From positions 22,057,204-22,121,203 of the forward strand of contig NC_081357.1 in assembly GCF_030684315.1 (NCBI RefSeq): DNA of 64,000 nucleotides, written 5' to 3'. A program made the position numbers and the translations under genes. Origin of the DNA: Stegostoma tigrinum. Lineage: Eukaryota. Below, piece after piece: positions 14,351 to 28,149 of the stretch; the stretch's first letter is position 1, and the number at the start of each line of letters is the position of its first letter. Below the pieces are notes generated by a model, which worked only from the letters and a program-made list of their open reading frames with translations, was not told where the DNA came from and did no database searches.

Positions 14351-15978
14351 GGTGGTGGTGAACATAATGTCTTTGCCAAGGTTTGGAGAGAGATGCAGTG
14401 GTTTTCATTGAGGGTCACCCTAACAGCTCCATGATGAAGGACTCTACTCGACAGGCCCTTTCAGAGTTTTATCCAAATACATCGGTTTTGGAGCTTTAAA
14501 ATTAAAAACTTACACTGAGACTATTTCCCAACAGTTCAACCACACATTTGCAGGAACAACTGTTCTAGGTAACAGTTAGCTAAGACTTCTACTAACCAGC
14601 CAAAGGGAAACCCACAGGTTATTTACTAAGCTACAGTTATGTGACCTAATTAAAATAAGTAAAATAAATCTGATCTTCTAACTTGACAACTTGTAAAAAC
14701 TGGCCGATGAAAGCAAAACTATCACACACCAGGAGCTCTCAAAAATAAAATAATCAGAGAGAGAAATCACCGTGGCTACTGAAAAGATTGACAAATTAAT
14801 CATCAAACCGCTTCTCTCACACAGAAAACCCATATGCCATTCATTCAAAATCCAAATGAAATGATATTAAATCATCCAAAAATCACACATATTTCAAAAC
14901 AATACTCGAATTGTTAAGCTCCTGGGCGAGGAGGGATGAACTGGCTCTTCCATCTTCGTTTGTCCAGCCCCTCAGTTGTTTGCAACATTAAAAAGGATCC
15001 CTTCCTTTGTGAAAGGATATCTTTTTTCCAGACCCAGATGAAGATGTGCTTTAAATGAAGTCAATCTAACCAGATTTGTTTTCATAATTTATAAGCTTAA
15101 TCTTAACTAAATAGAGAAACCATGAGAATAGATCAGAGAAATTGTAATTGTTCTCCTTGGTAAGGAGACCTGTTAGAAGTTTTTATATCATCAGGCTGGA
15201 TAGAAAGAAACTATTCCCTCTAACAAAAAGGAACAAGCATAAGAGACCACAGATTTAAAGTGACGTACAAAAGAAGGAATCAGTCCAGGAATTGTTCATG
15301 AAGATTTAAGGCTTATTTAATAAGTTGTCGTTTGTACCTAGGTATAATGAACAGTGGATGGTTGAATCTGGTGGACATTGTAGTGGGGTCACCTGTAGCA
15401 CTGACGTTGATTACTGAACAGTCAACTTCACAATCATTTGCTTTACAGGCTAGTTAAGACTCTATAGTTCTGATTCTTTTCCGAATCCAGCTTTCAGGAG
15501 ACGACAGTATTATTTTGTTGTCCATTTCCTTTGTCTGGTTTGCAGCCAGACAAACCTTTACCTGCAGCACAGGGTGCCTACGGAGTAGTTCTTCAACTGA
15601 CCTTCGCAGCACGCTAACACTCAAAGCCAAGCTGATGCATATGAGCATGTGCAGTTCCACAAGCACACTTCATTGTTGTTGGGTTTTCAAATCCCTATCC
15701 TTGCACATTCTTTGGAGGGAAACATACAAGATATGCCCGTTTCAGACATAAACCAGAGGTTTTTCAGCCCCTTGATGTTATCTCAAGAGGCTTGATTTCT
15801 GAAATTTCTTTGACCATATGAGTGACATTCAGTAGACCTCAATCGCCAGACAATCACTTCATTTACACGTGCAGCCGTTTTTAAGCTGTATCAACCCTCT
15901 TAAAGTAAAACACATTTTGAAATTGAGTTAAGAACGTCCACGTCTTCACAGGACAGAACCCCAGTCACAAAAATACTA

Positions 15979-16174
15979 CAGATTGTTCTCCTATAACGTT
16001 ATAGTTGTGTTCTTGCATAACGTTGTGCTATAGAAAAATCGCCACAGAAAAATCACATTGTAGAGAAATTGCTGTATCTGTATAGCAGAAAATTCACGTT
16101 ATCCAAGTAGTGTCTACTATTCACATTACAGTCAATCCACATTAACGAAATACAGGTAATAGTAGAACCACCAG
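15979..16174. mobile_element. Tc1/mariner (Tigger/pogo-like) MITE, degenerate
   Basis: TA|cagattgttctcctataacg ... ggtaatagtagaaccaccag: an imperfect ~20-bp inverted terminus, preceded by TA. Confidence 0.55.
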
Positions 16175-17599
16175 GACTTAAAATCATACATTCTGTACAG
16201 CTAGGAAACCTGGACTAAACAAAAAAGACCGAACACTACCAGAGACTGATAGAAAGTGAGATTAGAATGTAGAAGCAGCTGATTATTTAAAACATTTTAG
16301 TATAGAGGCGACCAATACATCCACAGCTTTGTTTTGTTCAGATTCATTCAAATATCTGTTTGGATTGAAGGGTTTTTAAATACCCCAATATGCGCTATTA
16401 GAGGATTAGCATCAAATTATGATACAGTATTATATTAACTTTCTGAATTGACGAGCCCTATCAAAAAGATTAAAAATCAGGCAGGACGTGGAACTGGAGA
16501 TCAGAGTTGCAAATGCAAATCAAATGCCTCCCAGGATAGTAATATAGATTTTCCATAAAGAGAATTAACATTTTTCAGCCAGAAGTCATTTTCTACACAG
16601 AGCATTTTCTAATCATTCATTTAATCTATCCAGAAAACTCATATCTTAGAAATTTAGAAATATAGCTCATTTATATTTTAACATTGTTCAGTGGAAAATC
16701 ACTAGGAGATAGATTTCTGCAGGCTTCACAGTTCATAAAATCAGGGAAGGCTACCAAGAATGCAGAGGCAACAAAATAATTCAGATTGTGTTGCAAATGC
16801 TGGTATGTCCAAATATTTTGTGATTTTTTTTTAAGAAAGAAAGAAAACTCAGTGGGGAAAAAAAAACAGCAGAACTGAGTCAGGCCAATTGGCATGATCT
16901 TGCGCATATATCTCCTCCCCAAAGGCCCACTAAATTTCTGATTAACACAAACATGGTTGCTAAATTTCAATGATTGTAGAGACCGGATGGGGAGACTGTA
17001 CTGATCAATGAGAAAGCAAACACCCATTTAATAAAAGACTGAGAGCAAAGAGCAACCTTTAGTTTTCAGTTTCTTTTCCAGGATAAAAATGATCTAAAAT
17101 GCAGTTTTAACTGGTAAGCATGGAATTGTGCTGACCAGTCAAACATCTGCATCAGCAGGAAGGATGACAGTCATGAACTCAAGATGATGGTTAGGACTAC
17201 GAAGAATAGGTCATTTGAAATCTCTGGCTATCTGACTGGGAAGACTTGTGCAAAAGGTCAAACAATATTAATAAAAAAAAATAAAACAAATAACTGCAGA
17301 TGCTGAAGACTTGAAACCAAGGCAGGAAGTGTTGTAGAGACAGAACAAGACTTGACGTAGAGTCCGGTGAAAGGTTGCTGTTTTGGTTTCAAACACAAAG
17401 AATGTCGGATCTGTTAAGATCACGCACGAGTGAGTGGCTTCTGATACTGTACCTGCAGACCCTGCCACAGGTGGGTGAGTTTTCACACACTCCTGCTGTG
17501 CACTCTGGCTCCACATCCCCCCTCACCCACCCCACCCTACCCCTGGCATATAGTAGACACTTGGATGTTTTTTCTCTGGCTTTGGGGGAATAGACTCAC

Positions 17600-18010
17600 A
17601 GCCCGAGTCAGTGATTTTGGGCTTAAGGACATCATCGAAACACTTCTCACGCCCTCCTGGTAATGGTATGGCAAGACAAAATTTGAGATAGTTTGGGGGC
17701 CGTGTGTCAGGCAAACAAGTAATATAGTCAGCCCAATGACCGTTACCACTGCCTCTACGCCGTGAATGTGGCCCAGCAGACAAGATAGTGATATTGAAGC
17801 AGCCTTCTTGCCATTGGGTTTGCGGGATTTTGCAGAGGCAGCACTAGTGATATTTGTCTTGGGATTCGAGATACCCAGTGTACATTATCTGGGTTTCCAA
17901 CACAAAGAATGCCAGGTAAGACTGCAGCACTGCGAGACTAACGAGTTTGGTAGGCCAGGTTTGAGTTTTTCTTTGGTCAAGGAACTCAGTAGCTATAGGC
18001 CAATTTGATT
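17600..18010 (-). mobile_element. Ancient RTE-clade LINE C-terminal remnant
   Basis: HWADYITCLPDTRPPN..GGREKCFDDVLK resembles RTE RWAGH..RMPDTRLPK..GGQRKRFKD.LK. Confidence 0.7.
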
Positions 18011-18231
18011 TTTGTTGTCATATGTACAACAGACAGATCATAGAGTATTTAGACAGAATGAAGAATACAAGGTTACAGCAGCACAAAAAGGTGAGCAAAA
18101 GTAAGACCAACATTAGATTTCAAATTTCAGAGTCTAATGATAGCAGGGAAGCTGCTGTTTTTGAATTTTTGGTAGTACATTTAAGCTTTTCTATCTTGTG
18201 CCTGATGGAAGAGGTTAGAAAGATTATCAAA

Positions 18232-19402
18232 GACTCCTTCCACACCTTGAAGCTCACTGACCCTCACAGCTACCTATAATACACTTCCTCCCACCCACCG
18301 TCCTGCAAAAATGCCATGCCCTATTCCCAATTCCTTCATCTCCGCCACATCTGCTCCCAGGATGAGGCATTCCTCTTCCCCCTCATGTGCCACCCCACCA
18401 ATCTCCGGATCCAACACAGCATCCTCCGACACTTCCGCCATCTGCAATCCGACTCCACCACCAAAGATATTTTTCCCTCCCCACCCTCATCTGCTTTCCT
18501 GAGGGACCACTCTCTCTGGGACTCCCTTGTCCGTTGCACACTCCCCTCCAGCCCCACCGCACCCGGCACTTTTCCCTACAATCACTGAGTGCTACACCTG
18601 CCCCCATACCTCCTCCCTCATCCCCATCCCAGGCCCCAAAAAGACTTTCCACATCAAGCAGAGGTTCACCTGCACATCTGCTAATGTGGTATACTGCATC
18701 CACTGTACCTGGTGAGGCCTCCTCTACACTGGGGAAACCAAGCAGAGGCTTGGGGACCAGTTTGTGGAACACCTATGCTCAGTTCGCAATAAACAACTGC
18801 ACCTCCCAGTCATGAACCATTTCAACTCCACCACCAACCCCCCCACCCCATTCCTTAGCCGACACGTCCATCCTGGGCCTCCTGCAGTGCCACCCGAAGG
18901 TTGCAGGAACAGCAACTCATATTCCGCTTGGGAACCCTGCAGCCCAATGGTATCAATGTGGATTTCACAAGCTTCAAAATCTCCCCTGCCCCTACTGCAT
19001 CCCAAAACCAGCCCAGCTCCTCCCCGCCTTCCTAACCTGTTCTTCCTCTCACTTATCACCTCCTTCCACCTCAAGCCGCACCCCCATTTCCTTCCTACTA
19101 ACCTCATCCTGCCCCTTTGACCTGTCCGTCCTCCCTGGACTGACCTGTCTCCACCCTACCTACATTCACCTTCACTGGCTCCATCCCCGCCTCTTCGAGT
19201 TGTTTCCTTTCCATCTATCTTCTCCTCTGTCCATCTTCGATCTGCGTCCCCCCTCTCCCTATTTATTTCAGAGCCCCATTTCTGAAGGAGGGTTGAGACC
19301 CGAAACGTCAGCTTTTGTGGTCCTAAGACGCTGTTTGGCCTGCTGTGTTCGTCCAGCTCCACACCTTATTTCGGATTCTCCAGCATCTGCAGTTCCTATT
19401 AT
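18232..19402 (+). mobile_element. 5'-truncated, internally deleted Penelope-like element
   Basis: MPYSQFLHLRHICS, NVVYCIHC, and a 3' repeat with a ctgaagga...cccgaaacgtc core. Confidence 0.92.
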
Positions 19403-19439
19403 CCTTAGGAGAGGTTTCACAGTGGGATTAAATTGTTTC

Positions 19440-19565
19440 TGAGATAGTAGGAACTGCAGATGGGGAATCTGAGATAACAAGGTGTAGAGCTGGATGAACA
19501 CATCAGGCCATGCAGGAGAGGCACAGGAAGACTGACGTTTTGGGCCTAGACCCTTCTTCAGAAAT
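19440..19565 (-). mobile_element. Short Penelope 3'-repeat copy, tail-to-tail with the preceding element
   Basis: Reverse complement of ctgaagaagggtctaggcccaaaacgtc...ctgcagttcctactatctc. Confidence 0.88.
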
Positions 19566-21027
19566 GACAATTACTTTGCCAACCAGTCTTGAAATCTCCT
19601 CACAAGAGCCACTCTGTCCTGGGCTGCCTCCACAACAGGTCATGTTCTGGCTTGTCACCCTGCTTTCCAGAGTTCATACCATTCTGGAAAGACCAGCACT
19701 TATTCACTGGCCATTCCTTCAGTTTTCATCAATGGTTAGCTTTACCAAACCAGATCAGGTTTCTGGTTTTCCCCAAATGCTAATTTTGCACACAGTTATA
19801 CAAATAAAAATGCTGCTTCTGAGCTTGTAAACACTCGTTCTCAGCTGTACTAAACTATTAGTGGCACTAGCTTCTTATGCGCCCCACACTTTTTAGAACT
19901 TTTAAGCCCCGATACCTGCCTGTCTGAGAACTACTGGGACATTAAAAGAGACGGATATCCAGCTGCTTTGAGGACTTAACTCACTTCCTCTTACCCAAAA
20001 GATGGCTGTGCTACAGTGCAATATTCCCTCAATACAGTCTACTGTTAATAGCAGAACAACTTACATTAACTACTTAAATCACAGGCTGAGGATCTGGAGT
20101 AAAGATTCAAAGGAGTCAGACAGTGTATAAAATTAAATAAGATCTTTCTTGGGATTCAAAGTCAAAAGTTATTCAGGTGAGGCAGTTAAGTGGTGCATTT
20201 TACTCATCCAACAGAATTGTTCGTATATCCAAAGTGAGAAACAGTATTTGCACCTCATTGTTCAAAATCATTGCATGAGAAATTAGAAACTTGACTGAGG
20301 GAAAAACACCACCACCTTTTGGCTGATCTTATCATACAACCAAGTTCAGAGAGACTGAATATGAAAATATGGCTCAATGACAGTGTATTTTTTCCACACT
20401 CAGTCAGGCCAGAAAATTTTCATAACCCTTGCATACAGCAAGCAATGAGAGATAGCTAACTGCCAAATGGCCGAAGGTTAAAAAGAGGGGAAAGGTTAGA
20501 ATTTTTGTCAGATATTCTTTGAAAGCAAGAGACATTTTTGACAAAGTCTGACCAACTTAACACATTATGAATGGAAATAGACTAGGACAGAAAGAGCTGC
20601 TCAGCATCTGAAGGCTCCAGACCCTGTACTCAACCTCATTTGATGTCTTGTATTGTGAATACTGTTCCTGGTTCAATATTGCTGCAAGTTATTACAGCAT
20701 CTACTTCAACATTTTGTGGACTAAGAATATTAGAAGCTTAGATCTCATTAAATTTTCAGTGCAGATCTCTGCTGCTATTATTGCTTTTAATAAACCCCGT
20801 GGTTCATAGATTATAGCTCAAGCTACACAGTCTGGTACAGTGACTATATTTTTGTGATGCACAGACTAAGAGGTTATGAGTGTGCCAGTCAATTAATTAA
20901 TTACAATGAGGATATTTTGGTTTGATTTACAATAATCTAGATTTATATAGCACCTTGCAGCATATTCCAAGGCACTTCACATAATACTTGCGAGCTCAAA
21001 CTTTGGGAGTTAATAGGAGCATCATAA

Positions 21028-22285
21028 ATGGCAGCATGGATTCATTAAGGGCAGGTCATGCTTGGCAAATCTTTTGGAATTCTATGAAGACATTACGAGC
21101 AAGGTGAACAGTGGGGACCCAGTGGATGTGGTGTATCTAGATTTCCAAAAGGCCTTCGACAAGGTGCCGCACAAGAGGCTGCTGCATAAGATAAGGATGC
21201 ATGGCATTAGGGGTAAAGTATTAGCATGGAGAGAGGATTGGTTGACTAACAGGAAGCAAAAGAGAGGGGATAAACGAGTGCTCTTCTGGCTGGCAGTGAC
21301 TAGTGGTGTGCCTCATGGATCGGTGTTGGAACCACAATTATTTACAATTTATTTGGAATTGAGGACCATATGTAAGGTGTCAAAGTTTGCAGATGACACT
21401 AAGATGTGTAGCAAGGCGAAGTGTGCAGAGGAACATAGGTACATTGAGTGAGTGGGCAAAGGTCTGGCAGATGGAACACATTTATTTACATTGTAAAGTC
21501 ATACATTTTGGTAGGAAAAATAGTAAAAAGGATTATTACTTGAATGGCAAAATGTTGCAGCATGCTGCTATGCAGAAGGATCTGGGTGTCCTTGTGCATG
21601 AATCACAGAAGGTTGGTTTGCAGGTACGACAAGTAATTAGGAAGGCAAATGGAATTTTGTCCGTTATTGCTAAAGGAATTGAGCTTCAAAGCAGCGAGGT
21701 TATGTTACAACTGTACAAGGTGTTGGTGCGGCCACACCTGGAGTACTGCGTGCAGTTTTGGTCTCCTTACTTGAGAAAGGATATACTGGCACTGGAGGGG
21801 GTTCAGAGAAGGATCACTAGGTTGACTCAAGTTGAGGGGGTTGACTTATGAGGAGAGACTTAGTAGATTGGGATTATATTCGTTGGAATTCAGAAGATTG
21901 AGGGAAGGATCTTATAGAAATATAAAATTATGAAGGGAATAGATAAGATAGACGTAGAGAGGACGTTCCCACTGGCAGGTGAAGCTAGGACAAGAGGGCA
22001 TAGCCTCAAGAATAGAGGGAGCAGATTTAGAACTGAATTGAGAAGGAACTTCTTCACCCAGAGGGTTGTTAATCTATGGAATTCCTTGCCCAATGAAGTA
22101 GTTGATGCACTTCAGTAAACGTTTTTAAAGCTAAGGTAGATTTTTTTGAACAATAAAAGAATTAAGGGATGCGGTGAGAGTGCGGGTAAGTGGATCTGAG
22201 TCCACAAAAAGATCAGCCATCATCTTATTGAACGGCAGAGCAGGCTTGAAGACCCAGATGGCCTATACCTGTTCCTAGTTCTTAT
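21028..22285 (+). mobile_element. CR1-clade LINE 3' part (RT domain to 3' tail), frameshifted
   Basis: QHGF..GRSCLANLLEF, VDVVYLDFQKAFDKVPH, GVPHGSVL, KFADDTK, LVRPHLEYCVQFWSP, RTRGHSLK, FFTQRVVNLWNSLP. Confidence 0.95.
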
Positions 22286-23690
22286 TAGTTGTTGTTGGTT
22301 AGCATGAGGAAAACACCAGGAGTAGGCTAAAAATTGTGACACCTGATTTTCACATCCTCAGAACAACAAAGTAAGCATTCCTCAAAATTTATTTATTTAT
22401 GCTTGCACATTAAATTTACACTTTAAATAGTCAAAGTCCAATACAAATTCTGAATAATATAGGAGCTCTTAACAAAAAGCGAATATCTCCTCCACTCCCA
22501 CAATTTATACATTAGTGACAGAACAGAACACGAAGGTTACTTTGGAGACTTAAAATATCGATTAATTAATTTTCTGTTGCCAAATCCCTCAAAACCACAA
22601 CATGAGACAGCAGGCAATTCAATTATTAAAGCTTAATTACAGGAATATTTCAATGGAAAGGAGCGATTTGGATGGGCGAGGGAGAGTGCGAGGATGAGTG
22701 CAAGGTGAGGGCAAGGATGACGTGGGGGAATTATTACTAAATTGCACACAAAGTTCCCTTTACGTTTCTCAGGCCATTTCAGTGAGATTGTGCATGTAAT
22801 TTATTTACTGACAGTGATTTGATTTTAAAATAACCAGTCAAGCTTTAGTCTTAAACAAGATGAAAAAAGGTTAGTTTTTACAAAAATAACTGAGATGCTT
22901 GAATAAAATGTGAAGTTTAACGAACAAGGATTAACTGCAGATAAGGAAAAGTACTTCAAAAGATGAAATTTAGTTTATAGTCTTTAAGAGACCCATCACT
23001 TACAGATTAAGTGTCGATTGTTCTTCAATAGCTAAAACGGTCTAAACCAGGTTACATCCTGGTGAATATCCTCCACACTCCAGTTCGAAACTGTACTTCA
23101 AACATGTTACACGTTTGTTTAACAAACTGTTAGACTTTAAAGGTAGGTTAGACCATATTAAAAAAAAGAAATCAATATCTATTGCAAAACCAAATTTATT
23201 GTGGGCAGTCACTGCACACTTTGTGATAAAATGTTCTCTAAACAGTTAAAAGGAGAAATATAACTTAGATATGAATATTTTACCTCCATACTCTGCAAAG
23301 ACAGATTGCGGACCTCTTTGCTGGTGGCACACAGATGGTATAAGTCAATTTGAAAAGCCTCCAGTATTAACTACTTATAATGCAACAAAATAACCTTCAT
23401 GCTGAGCGGCAGGATGGCATCAATCTGACCAGGTTAGAATGAACCGCAGCTACAATACTAACACGTACATGCATGGCATCTACTTTTCAGCTTCGCCTGA
23501 AGATGCTAATTTCAGGAGCTCCCTTAGTAAGCTAATAAAAGATCATTTGACCTCTCAATATACATTCTTAAACAACATATTAACAAAGCCAGCCTCTAAA
23601 TACTGAACATTATGAAGAAAATTGAAACATTGAATGTTGAAGATATTAAATTGCTTCAGGCCACTTTTAGCACCAGGAAGACAAACTTAC

Positions 23691-23822
23691 ATTTGTTGAA
23701 GAAGCTGCTGTATCTATACTGATGGAATAAAAAAGGGAGCGGCATCCATGTGGTCAATCCAGTCTGGGTAACCGAGGTGCACTGAAGAAAGGGGTAGACT
23801 GTCCACTTTGCAAATGCTCTTC
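23691..23822 (-). CDS. MRPS5: MRPS5 exon 3 (GRAFAKWTVYPFLQCTSVTQTGLTTWMPLPFLFHQYRYSSFFNK-L)
   Basis: Acceptor ccccctctag|, donor T|gtaagt, 132 nt, phase 1-1. HQYRYSSFFNKL matches mammalian QQYRPYSFFTKL and joins exon 4 as T|TG (Leu). Confidence 0.9.
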
Positions 23823-24289
23823 CTAGAGGGGGAGGGAGATAAAAAAAAACAGGTTTTATAAAAGACAAAAAAAAACTTGACAGCACAAAATTGTAGATCG
23901 TTACAGAATATAAAGATAGCAAATAGTAAGACAGGACAGAATTTCTGTCCCTAATATAAACCAAACATTTCCCAAGACAACTGGACAGTTGACCATCTTG
24001 CAGAAGATAGGATATTTCAAAATTTGAAGTTTCCCTCTAGCCCAAATATCAACACGCAGTAATTATGCAGGATTCAAAACCATCGGTCTCACTGATTTCT
24101 ATACAATTTCTTTTCAAGATTATGACACAAATACAAAGAAGTGTAACTGCATTTGGTACAAGAAACATCTTCAACTTAGTTACATTCTGTAGAAAATACT
24201 TTGTATTTGTTTATTGTATTCTGATTTTAGACAGGCATTTAAATTATTCAAATTTTGAAACTGAAGTCTGTTCTGGAACAATCAGGCCA

Positions 24290-25020
24290 ATAGGTAGAGG
24301 ACAGGGAGATGGAGTTTAATTTGGATAAATGTGAGGTATTGCATTTTGGTGGGGCAGGACTCATAATTAAATGATATAGCCTTGGGTATGGTTGTAGAAC
24401 ACAGAGATTGAGAAGCTCTGATACATAATTCTTTGAAACTTGTGTCACAAGTAAACAGGATGGTTAACAGGGTGTTTAGCATACTTGCCTTCATTGCTCA
24501 GACCATTGAGTCAGGAAGTTGAGGAAGGATATTATTAAATTGGAAAAGGGTTCAGAAGAGAATTACCAGCATACTGCTGGGAATGGAGGGTATGAGTGAA
24601 AAAAATAAGCTGGATAGGGTGGGACATTTTTCACTGGAGAGTGTAAAGTTGAGTGGTAATCTTATGGAGATTTATAAAGTCATGAGGAGTATAAATAGAT
24701 GAATGTCAAAGGTCTTTTCTCCAGGTGTAGCGGGGGTGGGGGGGGGGGTTGGGGATACAGTTACGACTAGGAGGCATATTTTTAAAGGTCCAACAGCAAA
24801 GATTTAAAAAAGACTTGAGGCCAACTTTTTATTTTATATGTATATTGGTTGGCATGTGGAATGAACTGCTAGAGGAAGTGGTGTATGCAGGTTCAATTAT
24901 GACATTTAAAGTCAATTTGGATAAGTACATGAGTAGAAAAACTTTGGAGAGATATGGGCCGAATTTAATTTGGGAACATGATCAGCTTGGACTAGCTTCC
25001 ATGTTGTATCAGTCTATGGC
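24290..25020 (+). mobile_element. Decayed CR1 LINE 3' fragment
   Basis: gatggagtttaatttggataaatgtgaggtattgcattttgg; WNELLEEVV. Confidence 0.8.
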
Positions 25021-25479
25021 ATCAGATTTTGTTTGCTTTATTCTTTCCTCCATTTTAATGCATCAGTACACTGATTAAAAAAGATAGAAAAAAAATAGGA
25101 ATAAATAAAATTGGAAACATGCATGTTATAGATGTCAACCTCAAACATACAAGAAATTAACTGCAACCAAGGTTGAACAGAGTTATATATGTTGCAGATT
25201 CCCAGGTTATATAAATTCAGCACTAACTGCAAAGGTTTCCAGCATTCAGCTTCTACGTAATCTGCAAATATCACACTACTACTTTACATGAATATTTCTC
25301 CAGATGTGGATCCAGCTCAGAACGAGAGGAAGAACCACGAAGCTGAACACCGTAAGAAAGATTAGTCTTGTTTCAGAATAAGCACAAAACTGGCAATACA
25401 CAAGTGTAAAATTTACTTGCAAATTATCAAGTAATTTGACATTTTGCTCCTACTAGTGCAAATAGGTAAAGACAGACAA

Positions 25480-25830
25480 GTGAGAGTTCTCTCCTGCGAT
25501 ATCCCTGCTTAAAGCCATTGGAGATTAGGAAGGAGCTTAAGATTTTGCTGTTGCATTTGACATGTCCATACTGATTTCAGCAAAACTGTGTCAGCAAGAC
25601 CAGCAACTGGCGGTGAGCAACCAAATGAATCCAAAGATCTTATATGTACCAGTTTGTTCAGTGTTGAATGCCTTGGCAATGTCTAGAAAAGGAATGTGCA
25701 GACCGTTAATCCGCTCAGGAAACTTTTCTTGCATTGGTACGAGTACAAACGCTCTTTCTGTAGTGCCTCTACTTGGTCCGAAACTGCAATGGGTCTCTGG
25801 GAGGTTTGCTTCTGTGATGGCTGACAAGCC
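25480..25830 (-). mobile_element. Ancient RTE-clade LINE RT remnant
   Basis: LPETHCSFGPSRGTTERAFVLVPMQEKFPERINGLHIPFLDIAKAFNT resembles RTE LPESQCGFRPGRGTTDMIF.LRQLQEKCRE....LY.AF.DL.KAFDTV. PFLISNGFKQG follows downstream. Confidence 0.8.
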
Positions 25831-27082
25831 TGTTCAGAAGTACGTTAGCTAGGTTCTTCCCAGCAGTAGAAAGGTGGTGATCCTGCAGTAGCTGGAGCAA
25901 TTTAACTTTTGTCCTTTGTTTTTGTACACGGTAATGATAATGACATCACAATGACCTTGTTAAATGCTGCCCTATTTCCAGCAGGCTATGAAAATCTCAT
26001 GAGTTTACATTATAGCAAGGACAGCACTCTCCATGGACCTTGTTTATCTTTATCTGGTTCATGGCAGTCACAGTTTCCTCCAACATTGGTATCTCATCCT
26101 TTCACAGGCAGTTGTGCACATAGCACTGAAGAGAATTTTGAAGAGCTGTGACCAGCAATCCAGAATTGACTCTTTGACCCCTATACAGTGTCTTGCTATT
26201 GACACTCCTCGGGGGATTTTAGGTTTGATTTGCTGGTCCATTGACAAGTTTTAGTGCTTCATAGAAGTTTAATGTTGCCAGTAACAGTGGACAGTTGAGT
26301 TTTTTCAAAAATTCCTACAAGTACAATCCAATCATTTTGGATGTTTCTTTACTTTGTTGGAGGTTGCTGAACACTTGATTATAGGCTCAATTGACGTGAA
26401 GCTGGAAAAGCACAGGTCAGAGGAGCAGGAAAGTCAACGTATCGGCCCGGAGCATCTGAGGAGCAGGCAAGTCAATGCTATTTGAACTGCTGTGCTTTAC
26501 CAGCTTCACATCTATTGACTCTGGCTTCCAGCATCTTCAGTCCTTACTGCCTCCAAGTTACTTGATTACTTGCCTTTTTCTTTCAGCTGGCTAGCTGTAC
26601 TAGGTCGCCTTAACATCAGCATCATCCTGCAAAGTATATCAGTCACTTTCTCAACCTGCACAGACATTTGTAACCAATTTTTCATATTCTCCAAGAACTT
26701 ACTGAACTCGAAATCTCTTTAGTATCGAGCCCTTGCTCATTTCATACTTCTGAATCAAGTTTCCTCTGCCACATCTTTCCATTCTACCAACTTCTGAGGT
26801 GTATCTATATCCTCCTCACAATTCATAATATCTAAGATTTGAAACGTTTGCAAATTCCAAAATTGTCTTCCATCATACATTTTCAACACAGATGCAGAAA
26901 TACAGTCATCCTCTTACCAGCCCCAAGGAAACACTTCCTGTAATTTGAAAAATAACCAAACAATAGCACAGTTACTTTATTGGAAAACTTGATCAAATTA
27001 AACACAAATTGCCCTTATCAAGCCCACTTTTCTTTCTGCCTCCAGCAAAACTTAAGTTATACTGGCTCATACAAAACATTGA

Positions 27083-27387
27083 CAAGTGGTGACCTCTCTT
27101 TCTGCAAGTGCTGTCTAACGAAACAGGAGTAACATCCGCGATCTGGCTGACTTTTATCCTACACTGAGCAAGGGCTCCGAGCGCTAAAAGGCCACTGAAT
27201 TCAGGGATTTCGGTTCTGTTGCCTCCAGTGGCATGCAGTTTGATGCGTAGGGCAACGATGCCCAACTCCTTGCATTTCTCAACCATTCTGAGCAGCCAAT
27301 GTGGCTGTGCATAGTGGAGGACTCGTTTCTGCAAGCCTTCACCTTCATCCTGCCAGTGATATGACAGATGACTTCCTCACCAAACAG
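27083..27387 (-). pseudogene. RPS14: Processed, 5'-truncated, frameshifted RPS14 (uS11) pseudogene
   Basis: Pieces in three frames: LFGEEVICHITGRMKVKACRNESS / LAAQN / CKELGIVALRIKLHATGGNRT...IADVTPVSLDSTCRKRG. These align to RPS14 [67 protein letters not shown]. No introns. Confidence 0.93.
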
Positions 27388-27928
27388 GGCCTTGTGCAGA
27401 ACCATGGGCTTCCCTTGATTAATCTATATTTGCCCATCACAACATATTTACCTCACAAACAAATTAGGACATACAAATAGATAATTTGTCCTAACTATCA
27501 GCTAATTATCACCATTATTGTATTAGCACCTTTGGAATGATCATCAGGTATCAACCATACAATGACACAATGTGAGCACTGGTTGCACTGCTCAGTCTTC
27601 AAACAAGTCTAAGGGCAAATAAAATACTTTCTTAAAAATGTTAAACATAACCTTAAGGCACACAAATTTGAAATTTATTACTCCTACAAAATTATAAAAT
27701 TGTTGGAGCTGCACATTTTTATTTCCTCTGAACCGCCGCCCAGAATCAAATCTGACGTATAGTATTCTGTTAAGGAGAAATTGTTGATTCACTGTTGTTT
27801 ATTGGACGTGTCATTTGGGATTTCAACTGCCTGAAACATGGACACAATTTTTGTAACAGCATTTAGTAGATGCACAGGAAACATCAATATAGATAATATC
27901 TATCTCAACTCCAGACAACACAAATTAA

Positions 27929-28022
27929 AGATAACAAAGTGTGAAGCTGGATGAACACAGCAGGCCAAGCAGCATCTCAGGAGCACAAAAGCTGACGTCT
28001 CGGGCCTAGACCCTAGACCATC
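27929..28022 (-). mobile_element. Solo tail-less Penelope 3'-repeat unit
   Basis: gataacaaagtgtgaagctggatgaacacagcaggccaagcagcatctcaggagcacaaaagctgacgtctcgggcctagaccc. Confidence 0.85.
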
Positions 28023-28149
28023 ATCCATTCAATATGAAAAGCAGCAGCAGTCTTAATGCTTGAAGGCCAGAATGTAATTCTAACCATGGTTAAAGTGCCT
28101 TCACAACAGCCAGCTGGTATTCAACGTACCCTTGCTGTACTGACTGCAA

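Noticed and set aside
15454-15751. Short ORFs as exons of a nested gene
   Set aside because: No recognisable homology and no convincing splice-site pair.
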